Part shown: positions 1 through 8,337 of the stretch, one piece after another
How positions within the stretch are numbered: position 1 is the first letter of the stretch
Layout: each line of letters starts with the position of its first letter
NCBI GenBank assembly: GCA_021792555.1
Contig: JAJYUL010000016.1
Span: forward strand, 1,632-65,631
DNA: 64,000 nt
Direction of reading: 5' to 3'
DNA from: Pseudomonadota bacterium
GTDB lineage: Bacteria > Pseudomonadota > Gammaproteobacteria > Steroidobacterales > Steroidobacteraceae
Made by a program: the position numbers and the translations under genes
The notes under the pieces: generated by a model
What the model was told of the DNA's origin: nothing
What the model saw: the letters and a program-made list of their open reading frames with translations, nothing else
Databases searched by the model: none

Positions 1-857
1 AAATCCGCCTTAAGATCCGGATGGCGATCATTGTGGAAGGTGTCACCATGCGCGATCTGGCCATCGATGCCCCGAATGGCGAGATTCATCTTCGCCAGAC
101 GCCAAGTCGTGTAATTCGATTCCTGGCCGTAGATGGAGATATCGGATTTGGCTTTGCCGCCGTTGCCGTTCCCACTGGCATGAGCACGGATGAACTCGAC
201 CGACTGGACGAACATGCCTGAGGAGCCGCAGCAGGGGTCATAGACCCGCCCCCGATAGGGCTCGAGCATCTCGACCAGGACTTTGACCACACAGCGGGGC
301 GTATAGAATTCGCCGCCTTTCTTGCCCTCGGCGCTTGCGAACTGGGACAGAAAGTATTCATAGACGCGCCCGAGCACGTCCTTGGCGCGGCTTGCCTCGT
401 CACCGATCTTGATATTGCTGATCAGATCAATCAGCTGGCCGAGACGCGTCTTATCGAGCGCCGGTCGCGCGTAATCCTTGGGTAGAACGCCCTTCAGGGC
501 CGGGTTGTCGCGCTCGATGCCGGTCATGGCTTCATCGACGATCTGCCCAATGGTGCTCTGGCGCGCCTGGGCTTTCAGGTGCGCCCAACGTGCCTCCGGC
601 GGCACCCAGAAGATGGAAACTGCGCGGTATTCGTCTTGGTCCTCAGGATCAGCCCCGCTCGCCTTCTCCGCTTCCAGCCTCGCGTGCTGCTCCTCGAAGG
701 CGTCCGAGATGTACTTGAGGAAAATCAGCCCCAGGACGACGTGCTTGTACTCGGCGGCGTCCATGCTGCCCCGCAGCGCGTCTGCCATCTGCCAGAGCTG
801 TGCCTCGTAGCCGACGTTGGCGGCCGTGTCGCTCTGCTTGCCTTTGGTCCGTGCCAT
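1..857 (-). CDS. hsdM: Type I restriction-modification methyltransferase subunit HsdM, N-terminal ~285 codons (3' end off window)
   Basis: My own translation of the minus strand from the ATG at 857 gives [56 protein letters not shown]...[36 protein letters not shown]. This contains the HsdM N-terminal motif and SAM motif I. It is absent from the ORF track because there is no stop codon in the window. Confidence 0.85.
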   Translation of the reverse strand, partial: MARTKGKQSDTAANVGYEAQLWQMADALRGSMDAAEYKHVVLGLIFLKYISDAFEEQHARLEAEKASGADPEDQDEYRAVSIFWVPPEARWAHLKAQARQSTIGQIVDEAMTGIERDNPALKGVLPKDYARPALDKTRLGQLIDLISNIKIGDEASRAKDVLGRVYEYFLSQFASAEGKKGGEFYTPRCVVKVLVEMLEPYRGRVYDPCCGSSGMFVQSVEFIRAHASGNGNGGKAKSDISIYGQESNYTTWRLAKMNLAIRGIDGQIAHGDTFHNDRHPDLKAD

Positions 858-874
858 TCGCCTTATGCTCTCCT

Positions 875-1141
875 CTATCGTCGGTTGACAGGTAACGGGG
901 GACGGAATGCGCGCTCGATCAATTTGGGCGCATCGCCATCGATGATTCCGGGGTGAGAGACGGTATGGGCATGGCGTAGGCGGGCCACACGGCGGTTCGT
1001 TGACGCCAAGCAGATTCTGGTGAGGTCCCCGAGCATGCGCGAGCCCGCCTTGCCTTCCTTTGCCGGGCGCCACCGCGCGAGCGCACCCGGCCTCATTCTT
1101 AGATTCGCGTCAATGCTAGGTCTTTGTGGCTTTTCTTTCAA
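875..1141 (-). CDS. Small hypothetical ORF directly upstream of hsdM; possibly a ~53-aa HTH (excisionase/AlpA-like) protein if it starts at an internal ATG
   Basis: 88-codon ORF with a TTG start, ending 18 nt before the hsdM ATG. The internal segment [44 protein letters not shown] has HTH-like spacing, but I recognise no firm family match. Confidence 0.25.
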   Translation of the reverse strand: MKEKPQRPSIDANLRMRPGALARWRPAKEGKAGSRMLGDLTRICLASTNRRVARLRHAHTVSHPGIIDGDAPKLIERAFRPPLPVNRR

Positions 1142-1279
1142 TTACTTAGCGCGTTCGCACATTTTGTGCGGGATCAGACTGACGCCGCGATGGGAATCAC
1201 TGAAAGCGCGCTCGAAAATACCGCAATGTGCGACGACGGCCGGAAGGGTCCGTGGCCGTGGTCAACCCGCACTTATCCT

Positions 1280-1885
1280 CTATCCAGCCGCGCGAATGTT
1301 CCCGGGCTGTTGATACTTTCTGAACATCCCCACCACTAGCCCGTAGATTTCCAGGTCATCCTTGGGCCGGATGGGCGCGTAAGCCTTATTACCGGGTTTC
1401 AGGAAGAAGCCGCGGCGATCGTGCGCCAGATACTTCACCGTGAACTCGTTGTCCACGATGGCGACCACCACGTCGCCGGGCTTGGCCGGCGCTCCCCTTT
1501 TCACCACGACCGTATCTCCGGGCATCAACCCCGCCTCGATCATGGAGTCACCCTTTACGGTGAGCAGCACTGTCCGGGAAGGCTGATCAACCAGATACGC
1601 ATCGACATTCAGGCCCTCTACCGGCGCGTCGTTCACGGCATGCGGTATTCCTTGGCGCTGGATATCGGAGACTGGCCGCTCGAAGAACCGATCCCCTGGC
1701 TGCAGGCGCCCGCCGGGAGCGGAGTCCAAGAAACCCGCTTCCTTCATCCGTTTGACGAAGGCCGCCACCGCGGATGTCGAGCGAAGACCCAGAAGGGTCG
1801 CCACGGCTGAATACGACGGCAGCACCCTGTGCTCGGCGTAGTAATCACGAAGCTTCGCCAAGTATTCGGGGTCACGATTGAGCAT
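1280..1885 (-). CDS. LexA-like transcriptional repressor, S24 peptidase family
   Basis: 201 aa. N-terminal winged-HTH segment (LPSYSAVATLLGLRSTSAVAAFVKRMKEAGFL). C-terminal S24 domain with catalytic Ser (VKGDSMIEAGL) and Lys (FTVKYL) motifs in LexA-like order. No canonical Ala-Gly cleavage site seen. Confidence 0.8.
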   Translation of the reverse strand: MLNRDPEYLAKLRDYYAEHRVLPSYSAVATLLGLRSTSAVAAFVKRMKEAGFLDSAPGGRLQPGDRFFERPVSDIQRQGIPHAVNDAPVEGLNVDAYLVDQPSRTVLLTVKGDSMIEAGLMPGDTVVVKRGAPAKPGDVVVAIVDNEFTVKYLAHDRRGFFLKPGNKAYAPIRPKDDLEIYGLVVGMFRKYQQPGNIRAAG

Positions 1886-1913
1886 GGCGGACTATATCTA
1901 CTGGCAGTTTATT

Positions 1914-1943
1914 TTTATACCGCTCGCCGAACACACTTGCCAA
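1914..1943 (-). promoter_or_regulatory. Putative sigma70 promoter of the lexA-like gene
   Basis: Minus strand reads TTGGCA (1943-1938), an 18 nt spacer, then TATAAA (1919-1914), about 28 nt upstream of the ATG at 1885. Confidence 0.4.
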
Positions 1944-1957
1944 TCCGTCGATGCTGC

Positions 1958-1986
1958 TTGACAATAGAATGATCATTCGATATTAT
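1958..1986 (+). promoter_or_regulatory. Near-consensus sigma70 promoter of the tns operon with a palindromic operator in the spacer
   Basis: TTGACA (1958-1963), a 17 nt spacer, then TATTAT (1981-1986). A perfect 12-bp palindrome GAATGATCATTC (1967-1978) sits inside the spacer. A second inverted repeat GATATT-N6-AATATC (1979-1996) overlaps the -10. Confidence 0.55.
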
Positions 1987-2017
1987 ATGCAATATCAGAG
2001 CAGTCATTCTTGCTGTG

Positions 2018-2695
2018 ATGGAAGTGTCGGAGCTCATCACAATCGAGTTCCCAGAGGCGATCCGATCACGAAAGGTGGTGACGCGATCGCGGGCACGACC
2101 GACGGGCAAGTTCCCGTCCTGGAAAATGAGTCGGATGCTCCAATGGGAATCCGTCCCCGAGCTCAACGCAATGCGGCTCCTCGACGCGGATCCCTTCGTG
2201 CGTTTCTTTGCCGAGCAACCCCTGACGCTTCGTTACCGACTGAACGGGGAAAGCCGGATTCATTATCCCGACCTGCTGGTGGAGCGCGATAACGATCCGA
2301 AGGAACTCTGGGAAATCAAGTCGGCAAGGGATGCCGCGCGAGACGAGGTCGCCGCAAGAACCGCCCTGCTCTGTGCCGACTTGCCAGCTTATGGGTACGC
2401 ATACCGAGTGGTCTACGCGGAGGAGGTGTGCCGCCAACCGCGCCTCTCGAACGCCCTCGAAATCCTTAAGTGGGGTCGCGGCCCGATTACAGCCGTAGAA
2501 CGTGAGCGGATCCGCGCGATCCTGAATCGATTGCCCGCCGTGACATGGGGCGCCGCGGTGTCCGGCACCCTGGGACGCAACGGCCGTCACTCACTGTGCC
2601 GCCTCGTCCTCGAAGGCATGCTGGCCTTCGACGTCAACCAAAAGCTCGGTCTCGACACCCGATTCACATTATCCCGCATGAGGTTTGCACCATGA
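2018..2695 (+). CDS. tnsA: TnsA-like transposition endonuclease
   Basis: Restriction-endonuclease-like motif ...HYPDLLVERDNDPKELWEIKS (D...E-x-K). Stop overlaps the tnsB ATG (ATGA at 2692). GTG at 2015 is an alternative start. Confidence 0.85.
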   Translation: MEVSELITIEFPEAIRSRKVVTRSRARPTGKFPSWKMSRMLQWESVPELNAMRLLDADPFVRFFAEQPLTLRYRLNGESRIHYPDLLVERDNDPKELWEIKSARDAARDEVAARTALLCADLPAYGYAYRVVYAEEVCRQPRLSNALEILKWGRGPITAVERERIRAILNRLPAVTWGAAVSGTLGRNGRHSLCRLVLEGMLAFDVNQKLGLDTRFTLSRMRFAP

Positions 2696-4719
2696 GTACT
2701 TCGACGTTTTCCGCGGGGACCCTCGTCGAGATCGACGGCCACCGCCATGTACTTTTACGCAAAATCGACGCGGACCTCTGGCAGCTCGAGGAGGTTCGCA
2801 GCAAACGGATCACCGAGCTCGCCGAGCGCGATTTGCAAAGTGCCTACGTGCAGGGAAAACTCGGATTCTGCGAGGATGACCGCGAAGGTTCGCCTTCGGT
2901 ATCGAAACCCCGCCCCCCGGATTATCCCCCAGAGCAATGGGAGCGGGCGAAGATCCGACGTATGTACGTGCATGCAATCCTCGGCCTGCCCGGAACACGT
3001 CGAGCAATCGCGGCTGTCATTCAAACCACGTGGGACAACCTTCGCCAGCCTGATCGCCCACCCGCAGCCTCCACCGTGCTGGAATGGCGATCTGTGTATC
3101 TCAAAGCCGGCAAGGACATTACAGCCCTGATCGAACGCCACGCAGCAAAAGGGAACAAAAAGCCTCGCTATCCAGCAGAGGTTGAACAGTTCGCAAAGGA
3201 TGCGATAGATGCCCGATACATGACGCTACATCGCGGAACCATTCAAGATGTCGTCGATTATGCCGCGGCCAGTGTATGCCGGGAAAACGCCATGCGTCCG
3301 CAGAAAATGCAACTGCCACTTCCCACACGCCGCCTAGTCAAGCGTCTGATCCAGGAGATTCCGGCGTTTGACCGTTATGCGGCCCGTCATGGACGGATCG
3401 CCGCCGTGAAGGTTTTCCGCTCCGTGCAGGCTCATCGTGTAACGGTCGCCCCGCTCGAGCGGGTCGAGATCGACCACACGCTGCTCGATCTGTTCGTGAT
3501 CGATGATCGGACCGGATTACCCCTTGGGCGGCCCTGGCTGACAGTCTGCATAGATGACCACACCCGATGTGTGCTGGGGGTATATGTCGGCTTTGAGCCC
3601 CCGAGCTACCTGACCGTTGCCCGCTGCCTCAAGACAGCGCTGCTTCCCAAGAGCTGGCTTCCCGAGAAATATCCGTCCATCAAGTGTCAGTGGCTGGCGC
3701 ACGGGGTCATGCGCGAACTTGTCGTCGACAACGGTACCGAATTCCACAGCATCAGCCTGGAGAACGCCTGCTTCACCCTGGGCATCGAGATCCACTATGC
3801 CCCCCGTAAGGTTGCCTGGTTCAAGGGCAAGGTCGAGCGATTCATCGGTACAGCCAATCGCGGGGTGGCCCACGGGACGCCGGGAACGACCTTCGCGAAC
3901 ATTTTCGAAAAGGACGACTACGACCCATCGAAGCATGCCATCGTTCGTCAGTCGACTCTGCTGGAGATCGTCCACAAGTGGATCGTGGACGTGTATCACC
4001 AAAAACCACACCGGGCACTTGGTGTACCGCCTGCGCTCATGTGGACCAGGAGCATCGCGACCGAGGACATTCGGCTTCCTACCGATCCTGAGCGACTGGA
4101 TGCCATCCTAGGCCGGAGCGAAACCCGGATGCTCACCCACAAGGGCATCGAGCTCAATGGTCTCCTCTACAACTCCCCTGAGCTGACGGCACTGCGCCGG
4201 CGGCTCGGAGATCGGTTCGAGGTCGAGGTCCGCGTCGACGCCACCGACATCGGCGCAATCATCGTTCTCCCGCCTGATCGGGGGCCGCTGATTCGAGCAC
4301 ACGCCCTGGCTACCGACTACGCGGGCGGCCTTAGCGAATGGCAACACAAGGTGATTCGGCGCTACGCGGCACGGGAAGCAGGCCGCTCCGATCTCCAGGG
4401 CTGGGTCGAGGCGAAGCGGGAGATCGCCGAGCTGATCGACCGAGAGCTCATGCATCGAAAATCGAAGTCCCGGAAACGCATTGCGCGCTATCAGGGCAAC
4501 GGCTCATCCCGTCCTGCCCCGCCGTCACCACCGCGCCCTGATCTCCCCTCGGCCACAGCGGTCGATCCGGGACCCGCTCTGGCGTCGCCAGCGCATCCGG
4601 AGGCAATTCCGGCGGTCGCGCCGACGAAGGACATCTACCCGCTCACGGAGGGTCCTGTCCGCAAGTACACGGCGATTCTCCGCAAACACACAGGCCCAGA
4701 AGCCGAGGCTCAGGAGTAA
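2692..4719 (+). CDS. tnsB: TnsB-like DDE transposase (Mu/rve integrase superfamily)
   Basis: DDE triad context VEIDHTLLDLFVID / LVVDNGTEFHS / FKGKVERF. The start at ATG 2692 (MSTSTFSAGTLVEIDG) is chosen over the ORF-track start at 2545, which overlaps tnsA. Confidence 0.9.
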   Translation: MSTSTFSAGTLVEIDGHRHVLLRKIDADLWQLEEVRSKRITELAERDLQSAYVQGKLGFCEDDREGSPSVSKPRPPDYPPEQWERAKIRRMYVHAILGLPGTRRAIAAVIQTTWDNLRQPDRPPAASTVLEWRSVYLKAGKDITALIERHAAKGNKKPRYPAEVEQFAKDAIDARYMTLHRGTIQDVVDYAAASVCRENAMRPQKMQLPLPTRRLVKRLIQEIPAFDRYAARHGRIAAVKVFRSVQAHRVTVAPLERVEIDHTLLDLFVIDDRTGLPLGRPWLTVCIDDHTRCVLGVYVGFEPPSYLTVARCLKTALLPKSWLPEKYPSIKCQWLAHGVMRELVVDNGTEFHSISLENACFTLGIEIHYAPRKVAWFKGKVERFIGTANRGVAHGTPGTTFANIFEKDDYDPSKHAIVRQSTLLEIVHKWIVDVYHQKPHRALGVPPALMWTRSIATEDIRLPTDPERLDAILGRSETRMLTHKGIELNGLLYNSPELTALRRRLGDRFEVEVRVDATDIGAIIVLPPDRGPLIRAHALATDYAGGLSEWQHKVIRRYAAREAGRSDLQGWVEAKREIAELIDRELMHRKSKSRKRIARYQGNGSSRPAPPSPPRPDLPSATAVDPGPALASPAHPEAIPAVAPTKDIYPLTEGPVRKYTAILRKHTGPEAEAQE

Positions 4720-4723
4720 TCCA

Positions 4724-5734
4724 ATGGCCATGCCGAGAAACCTCATTGATCGGATCCTGGTCCCCCACGCCGCCTTTCAGGGCGCGCTGCGGCGCATCGG
4801 TCAGTGCTACCGGAACGCAGAAGCACGCGGCAATCCGGCCTGCCTGGCCATCGTCGGGCCCTCGCGAACCGGCAAGACCAGCGTCATGGAGCAGTTCGCA
4901 TCGGGACATCCCATGGTGCGCACCGACGAGGGGCTCGAAGTGCCGATTCTACGGGTGAAGACGCCATCCAAGCCCACCGTCAAATCAATGGCGGAGATCA
5001 TGCTCCGGGAGATGGGCGATCCGCGATTCGACAAGGGGACAGAAAACGCACGCACCGGGCGGCTCATGACGCTGATGCGCAACTGCGGAACCCGCATGGC
5101 CATGATCGATGAGTTCCAGCACTTTTACGACAAAGGCCAGAACAGGGTCATGCACCACGCCGCCGACTGGCTGAAGGTTCTCGTCGATGACACGGGGATC
5201 GGGCTCGTAGTGGCCGGCATTCCCGGTTGCCTCGCGACTATCGAGCAGAACGAACAGCTGCGGGGGCGGTTCCGCACGCCTGTAACCTTCGAGCGGTTCG
5301 ACTGGAGAAGTCCCGAAGACCGCGAAGAGTTTGCCGCTATCCTGAGTGCGTTTTACGATGCGCTCGCTGAGCACGTCGACCTCCCGGACTTCACATCGGC
5401 GGAGATGGCGTTCAGGCTGTACTGCGCGACGGGCGGGCTGATCGGGTATCTCGCCATGCTGCTCAGCCAGGTGGTCTGGGACGCCATTGATGACAAACGG
5501 AAGGCGGTCACCCTCAAGCATCTTCGCGAGGCCTTCGCGCACTCCGTGCGCAGCAGCCACGACTATGGCGATGCTCCGGATCCATTCGGTCCTCGCTTCG
5601 CCACCGAGCCGTCGGAGGAACTGCTCGCCAAAGTGTCTCGGATTGGCGCTGCCGCGCCGGCGGTGAGCGAGGGCCGTCCGTCCCGCCGCAAGGTGTGGCA
5701 TGCGCACGCTCGAGATGTGCTCTCCGCCGCGTGA
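4724..5734 (+). CDS. tnsC: TnsC/TniB-like AAA+ ATPase transposition regulator
   Basis: Walker A IVGPSRTGKTS and Walker B MAMIDEFQH. Starts 4 nt after the tnsB stop. Confidence 0.85.
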   Translation: MAMPRNLIDRILVPHAAFQGALRRIGQCYRNAEARGNPACLAIVGPSRTGKTSVMEQFASGHPMVRTDEGLEVPILRVKTPSKPTVKSMAEIMLREMGDPRFDKGTENARTGRLMTLMRNCGTRMAMIDEFQHFYDKGQNRVMHHAADWLKVLVDDTGIGLVVAGIPGCLATIEQNEQLRGRFRTPVTFERFDWRSPEDREEFAAILSAFYDALAEHVDLPDFTSAEMAFRLYCATGGLIGYLAMLLSQVVWDAIDDKRKAVTLKHLREAFAHSVRSSHDYGDAPDPFGPRFATEPSEELLAKVSRIGAAAPAVSEGRPSRRKVWHAHARDVLSAA

Positions 5735-5743
5735 GCCAGCGCG

Positions 5744-8143
5744 ATGCGCTTGCTGTGCCGCACGCCGCGACCGCACGAGACGGAAAGTCTGTTCGGCTTC
5801 GTCCTGCGCGTGAGTGAGGCCAACGGATACGACACCCCGCGTCACATTTGGAAGGCCGCCGACCTGCCTCGCGGTTCCGACCTCGCTCCCCGGTTCCCCA
5901 CCGAACCGCTTGCCGCCCTCCTGGGACTGAGGAGCGATGCATTACATCCGCTTGCTTACCGCGCCGACCTGAAGAGCCGCGGATCGTTCAAGATCCTGGG
6001 TCAATCCCTCGGAGATGATTTGCGCAGCGAGCCGCTACGGCTGAAGCATCCGGCTTTTTGCCCGCGATGTGTCTCCGAGACGGGATACATCGACGCGTTT
6101 TGGGATCTCTCCGCCGCCGTGGCGTGCCCGATTCATGGATCGACGGTTCTCACCACGTGTCCGGCATGCGGGCATCGGATCGGATGGGAGCGGTCGGGTC
6201 TGCTCACCTGCGGCTGTGGTGGCTCGCTCCGGGACGCGCAGACGCAACGAGCGTCTCCGCCGGTCCTTGACCTCATGACGCTGCTCCAGGCAAGGCTCCA
6301 CGGCACGCACGGCGAGATTGAAAATCCGCGCGGCCTGCCCCACGAGCACTTGGTCTCGATGCCGTTTGGGGCACTGCTCCATCTGATCGCCGTGCTCGGC
6401 GACATCGCGGCCTCGGAGAAGGACAGAGAAGCTCGCCTCCTGCATGCGCCCACTGCACAGCGCTCGTTAGCCACAGCAGCGATGCAGCCACCAAAGTCGT
6501 CCGCTCCGGGGCGTCTGACTGCGCAGATCGCAGCGGCTGTCCAGATCCTGAGCAACTGGCCGCACGGATATCACGACTTTCTACGCACGCTCGGAGAGCG
6601 CGCTCTTGCTTCTGGCTGGAAGACCGTGAGCATGCGCGTACAGTTCGCCGGCATCTACGAGACGCTCTTCGAGAACCGGCCCGCGACGCGCGAGCATTTC
6701 GCGTTCTTGAAGGAGGAATTCATTGCCTTTGGCCTTAGGCACTGGGGCAAGGGCATCATCGATCCGCGGATGCTGCGCGACAAGACCGCGCTGAAGAATG
6801 CGCGGTTCGTGTCGAGATCGGAGCTCGCAAGGCGGCATCGACTCTGGGCGCCAACAGTGCGCAAGATGACCGCGTCAGGGGCACTGGCTGGCATCACGGT
6901 CCCCGTGAAAGGTATCGAGCGCGCGGTCGTCGATGCCGAGAACACGCCCATCCCCGCGCCGATCACAAAGATACTCAATGTCAGGCAAGCCGCGAGGCGG
7001 CTGGGGCTCACTGTTCGCGTGCTGAAGCGCCTCAGGGAGCAGGGAATCTACGATGCAGCCGAGCGGCGTGGATATGCGCACTCGTGGTTCGCGGACGAAG
7101 CAGCAACGTTCCGAGCCCGGCTGCTCGCTCTCGCGCCGGTCTCGTCGGGTCGCAACCGGCCGGGCACCGTCACGCTGAATGAAGTGGTGCGCAGGAGCAC
7201 GCTACCAGTTGAGACGCGTGTTGCGGTGGTGGTTGCGCTTCTGAACCATGCTCTGAAACCCGTGTGTCGGTCCGGCCCGAGTCCCGCCAGCATCCTGCTG
7301 AAGAAGCAGGACGTCGACACATTCATCGACAGCAACCTGAGACCGCTCCTCGGTTCGACCTGCTCCTTCAAGGAGTGCGCCCAGAGGACCGGTCTGTGCT
7401 CGTCCGCAATTGCGGGGGCGGTCAGAGCCGGTCATCTCGTGCAGACGGTAGTGAGGGGCAACAAACGGATCACCGTCGCATCGGTAGAACGATTCCGGAC
7501 CGCGTACCTTCCGCTGGCAGAAGTCGCACGGAAGAAACGTCGGTCGCCGCGCCTGCTGGCCAGGCTGATCCGCAAGAAGCGCCTATCTGTCATGTTCATC
7601 GATCGGGCGAACCACGCCAGTCCACAAGGATTCATCCGCCGCTCGCACGTCTCGACATTGATGGCTGCAGTCGCCGAATATGTCGCTGACCAGGCTGCGC
7701 ATCGTCCGCGGGTCAATAGCCTGGCGGAGCACGAAGATCGGCTACGCGCTTTCTGCGCGCGGAGGATCGAAGGCGGACAAGGTCTGCCGCGCAGGGGCGG
7801 CGTTCCGATCAAGCGGGTCATTGCGTCGGCATGCGGCTTCACCCGTGACCTGTTCTACGACCAGCCCCGTATTCAGCGCGTGCTCGACGAATTTGACCGC
7901 AAGGAGCGCAACATGCATAGGGAACGATGCTTGAGGCCTGCGGAAGTCGTAGCGGACTATCTGGCGAGATTAAAACAGGCGGGATCACCGCTGCCGTGCT
8001 GGCAGGGCCGACCGAACGTTCTTCGGATTGCCGAGGCGTGTGGGATTCGGCGGCATGCGATTCAGGGGGATGCCAAGATCGCGAAGATGCTGAACGAGTT
8101 CATGCGCCGAAGTGATTTCCGTAAGGCAACGCCCCGGCGCTGA
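5744..8143 (+). CDS. tnsD: TniQ/TnsD-like target-selection protein (799 aa)
   Basis: N-terminal TniQ-type region (PRPHETESLFGFVLRVSEANGY). Cys/His cluster CPRCVSETG...CPIHG...CPACGHRIG...CGCG. Several C-terminal HTH-like segments (VRQAARRLGLTVRVLKRLREQGIY; FKECAQRTGLCSSAIAGAVRAGHL; LRIAEACGIRRHAIQ). Confidence 0.8.
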   Translation: MRLLCRTPRPHETESLFGFVLRVSEANGYDTPRHIWKAADLPRGSDLAPRFPTEPLAALLGLRSDALHPLAYRADLKSRGSFKILGQSLGDDLRSEPLRLKHPAFCPRCVSETGYIDAFWDLSAAVACPIHGSTVLTTCPACGHRIGWERSGLLTCGCGGSLRDAQTQRASPPVLDLMTLLQARLHGTHGEIENPRGLPHEHLVSMPFGALLHLIAVLGDIAASEKDREARLLHAPTAQRSLATAAMQPPKSSAPGRLTAQIAAAVQILSNWPHGYHDFLRTLGERALASGWKTVSMRVQFAGIYETLFENRPATREHFAFLKEEFIAFGLRHWGKGIIDPRMLRDKTALKNARFVSRSELARRHRLWAPTVRKMTASGALAGITVPVKGIERAVVDAENTPIPAPITKILNVRQAARRLGLTVRVLKRLREQGIYDAAERRGYAHSWFADEAATFRARLLALAPVSSGRNRPGTVTLNEVVRRSTLPVETRVAVVVALLNHALKPVCRSGPSPASILLKKQDVDTFIDSNLRPLLGSTCSFKECAQRTGLCSSAIAGAVRAGHLVQTVVRGNKRITVASVERFRTAYLPLAEVARKKRRSPRLLARLIRKKRLSVMFIDRANHASPQGFIRRSHVSTLMAAVAEYVADQAAHRPRVNSLAEHEDRLRAFCARRIEGGQGLPRRGGVPIKRVIASACGFTRDLFYDQPRIQRVLDEFDRKERNMHRERCLRPAEVVADYLARLKQAGSPLPCWQGRPNVLRIAEACGIRRHAIQGDAKIAKMLNEFMRRSDFRKATPRR

Positions 8144-8195
8144 AGCCGGGTTGCGCGCGGCGCCCTGACTCAATACCGAACTTTCCAAAGGAAAT

Positions 8196-8217
8196 GCGGC
8201 GAGGATCTCCTCGCCGC
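8196..8217. terminator. Perfect 10-bp-stem GC hairpin between tnsD and the transposon end
   Basis: GCGGCGAGGA-TC-TCCTCGCCGC. No clear U-tract on the plus strand; a weak T-rich run (ATTTCCTTT) follows on the minus strand. Confidence 0.3.
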
Positions 8218-8240
8218 GAATTCACAATCGACCCAGATTG

Positions 8241-8321
8241 GTCCAGCTTTATGAGGTCCGCAGTCCGGCCTTATGGGGTCCAAGTCCAGCTTTTTGAGTC
8301 AACCCACATCATCTGCCCACA
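8241..8321 (+). repeat. Transposon terminal region: three tandem candidate TnsB-binding repeats plus the TGT/ACA terminus
   Basis: GTCCAGCTTTATGAGGTCCGCA (8241-8262), GTCCGGCCTTATGGGGTCCAA (8263-8283), GTCCAGCTTTTTGAGTCAA (8284-8302), then CCCACATCATCTGCCCACA (8303-8321). CCCACA occurs twice, so the exact end could be 8308 or 8321. Confidence 0.6.
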
Positions 8322-8337
8322 ACCAGCCACCAATGCC

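Larger units (their letters stand above)
1..8321 (+). mobile_element. Tn7-like transposon, partial: cargo, tnsA-tnsB-tnsC-tniQ/tnsD and one terminus; the other end lies beyond the window start
   Basis: Coupled tnsA/B/C/tniQ operon. The terminus ...CCCACA at 8321 reads TGTGGGCAGATGA... on the reverse complement, resembling the Tn7 terminal TGTGGGCGGACA. It is preceded by three tandem 21-22 bp repeats. Hand-counted 60-nt samples give 53-55% GC in hsdM/tnsB versus 70% in the adjacent nrdJa. Confidence 0.7.

Noticed and set aside
878-902. Possible second transposon end: CGTCGGTTGAC-N10-GGAC resembles TGTGGGTTGAC-N10-GGAC of the 8321 end
   Set aside because: It has no TGT terminus, no repeat of the 21-22 bp motif, and no ACCAG duplication nearby. 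hsdM beyond it has the same low GC as the tns genes. It is most likely a chance similarity.
1886-2014. Canonical SOS box (CTGT-N8-ACAG) for host LexA in the lexA-like/tnsA intergenic region
   Set aside because: Only a poor resemblance exists (ACTGCCAGTAGATATAGT on the minus strand). The clear palindromes have a different sequence, so host LexA control is not supported.
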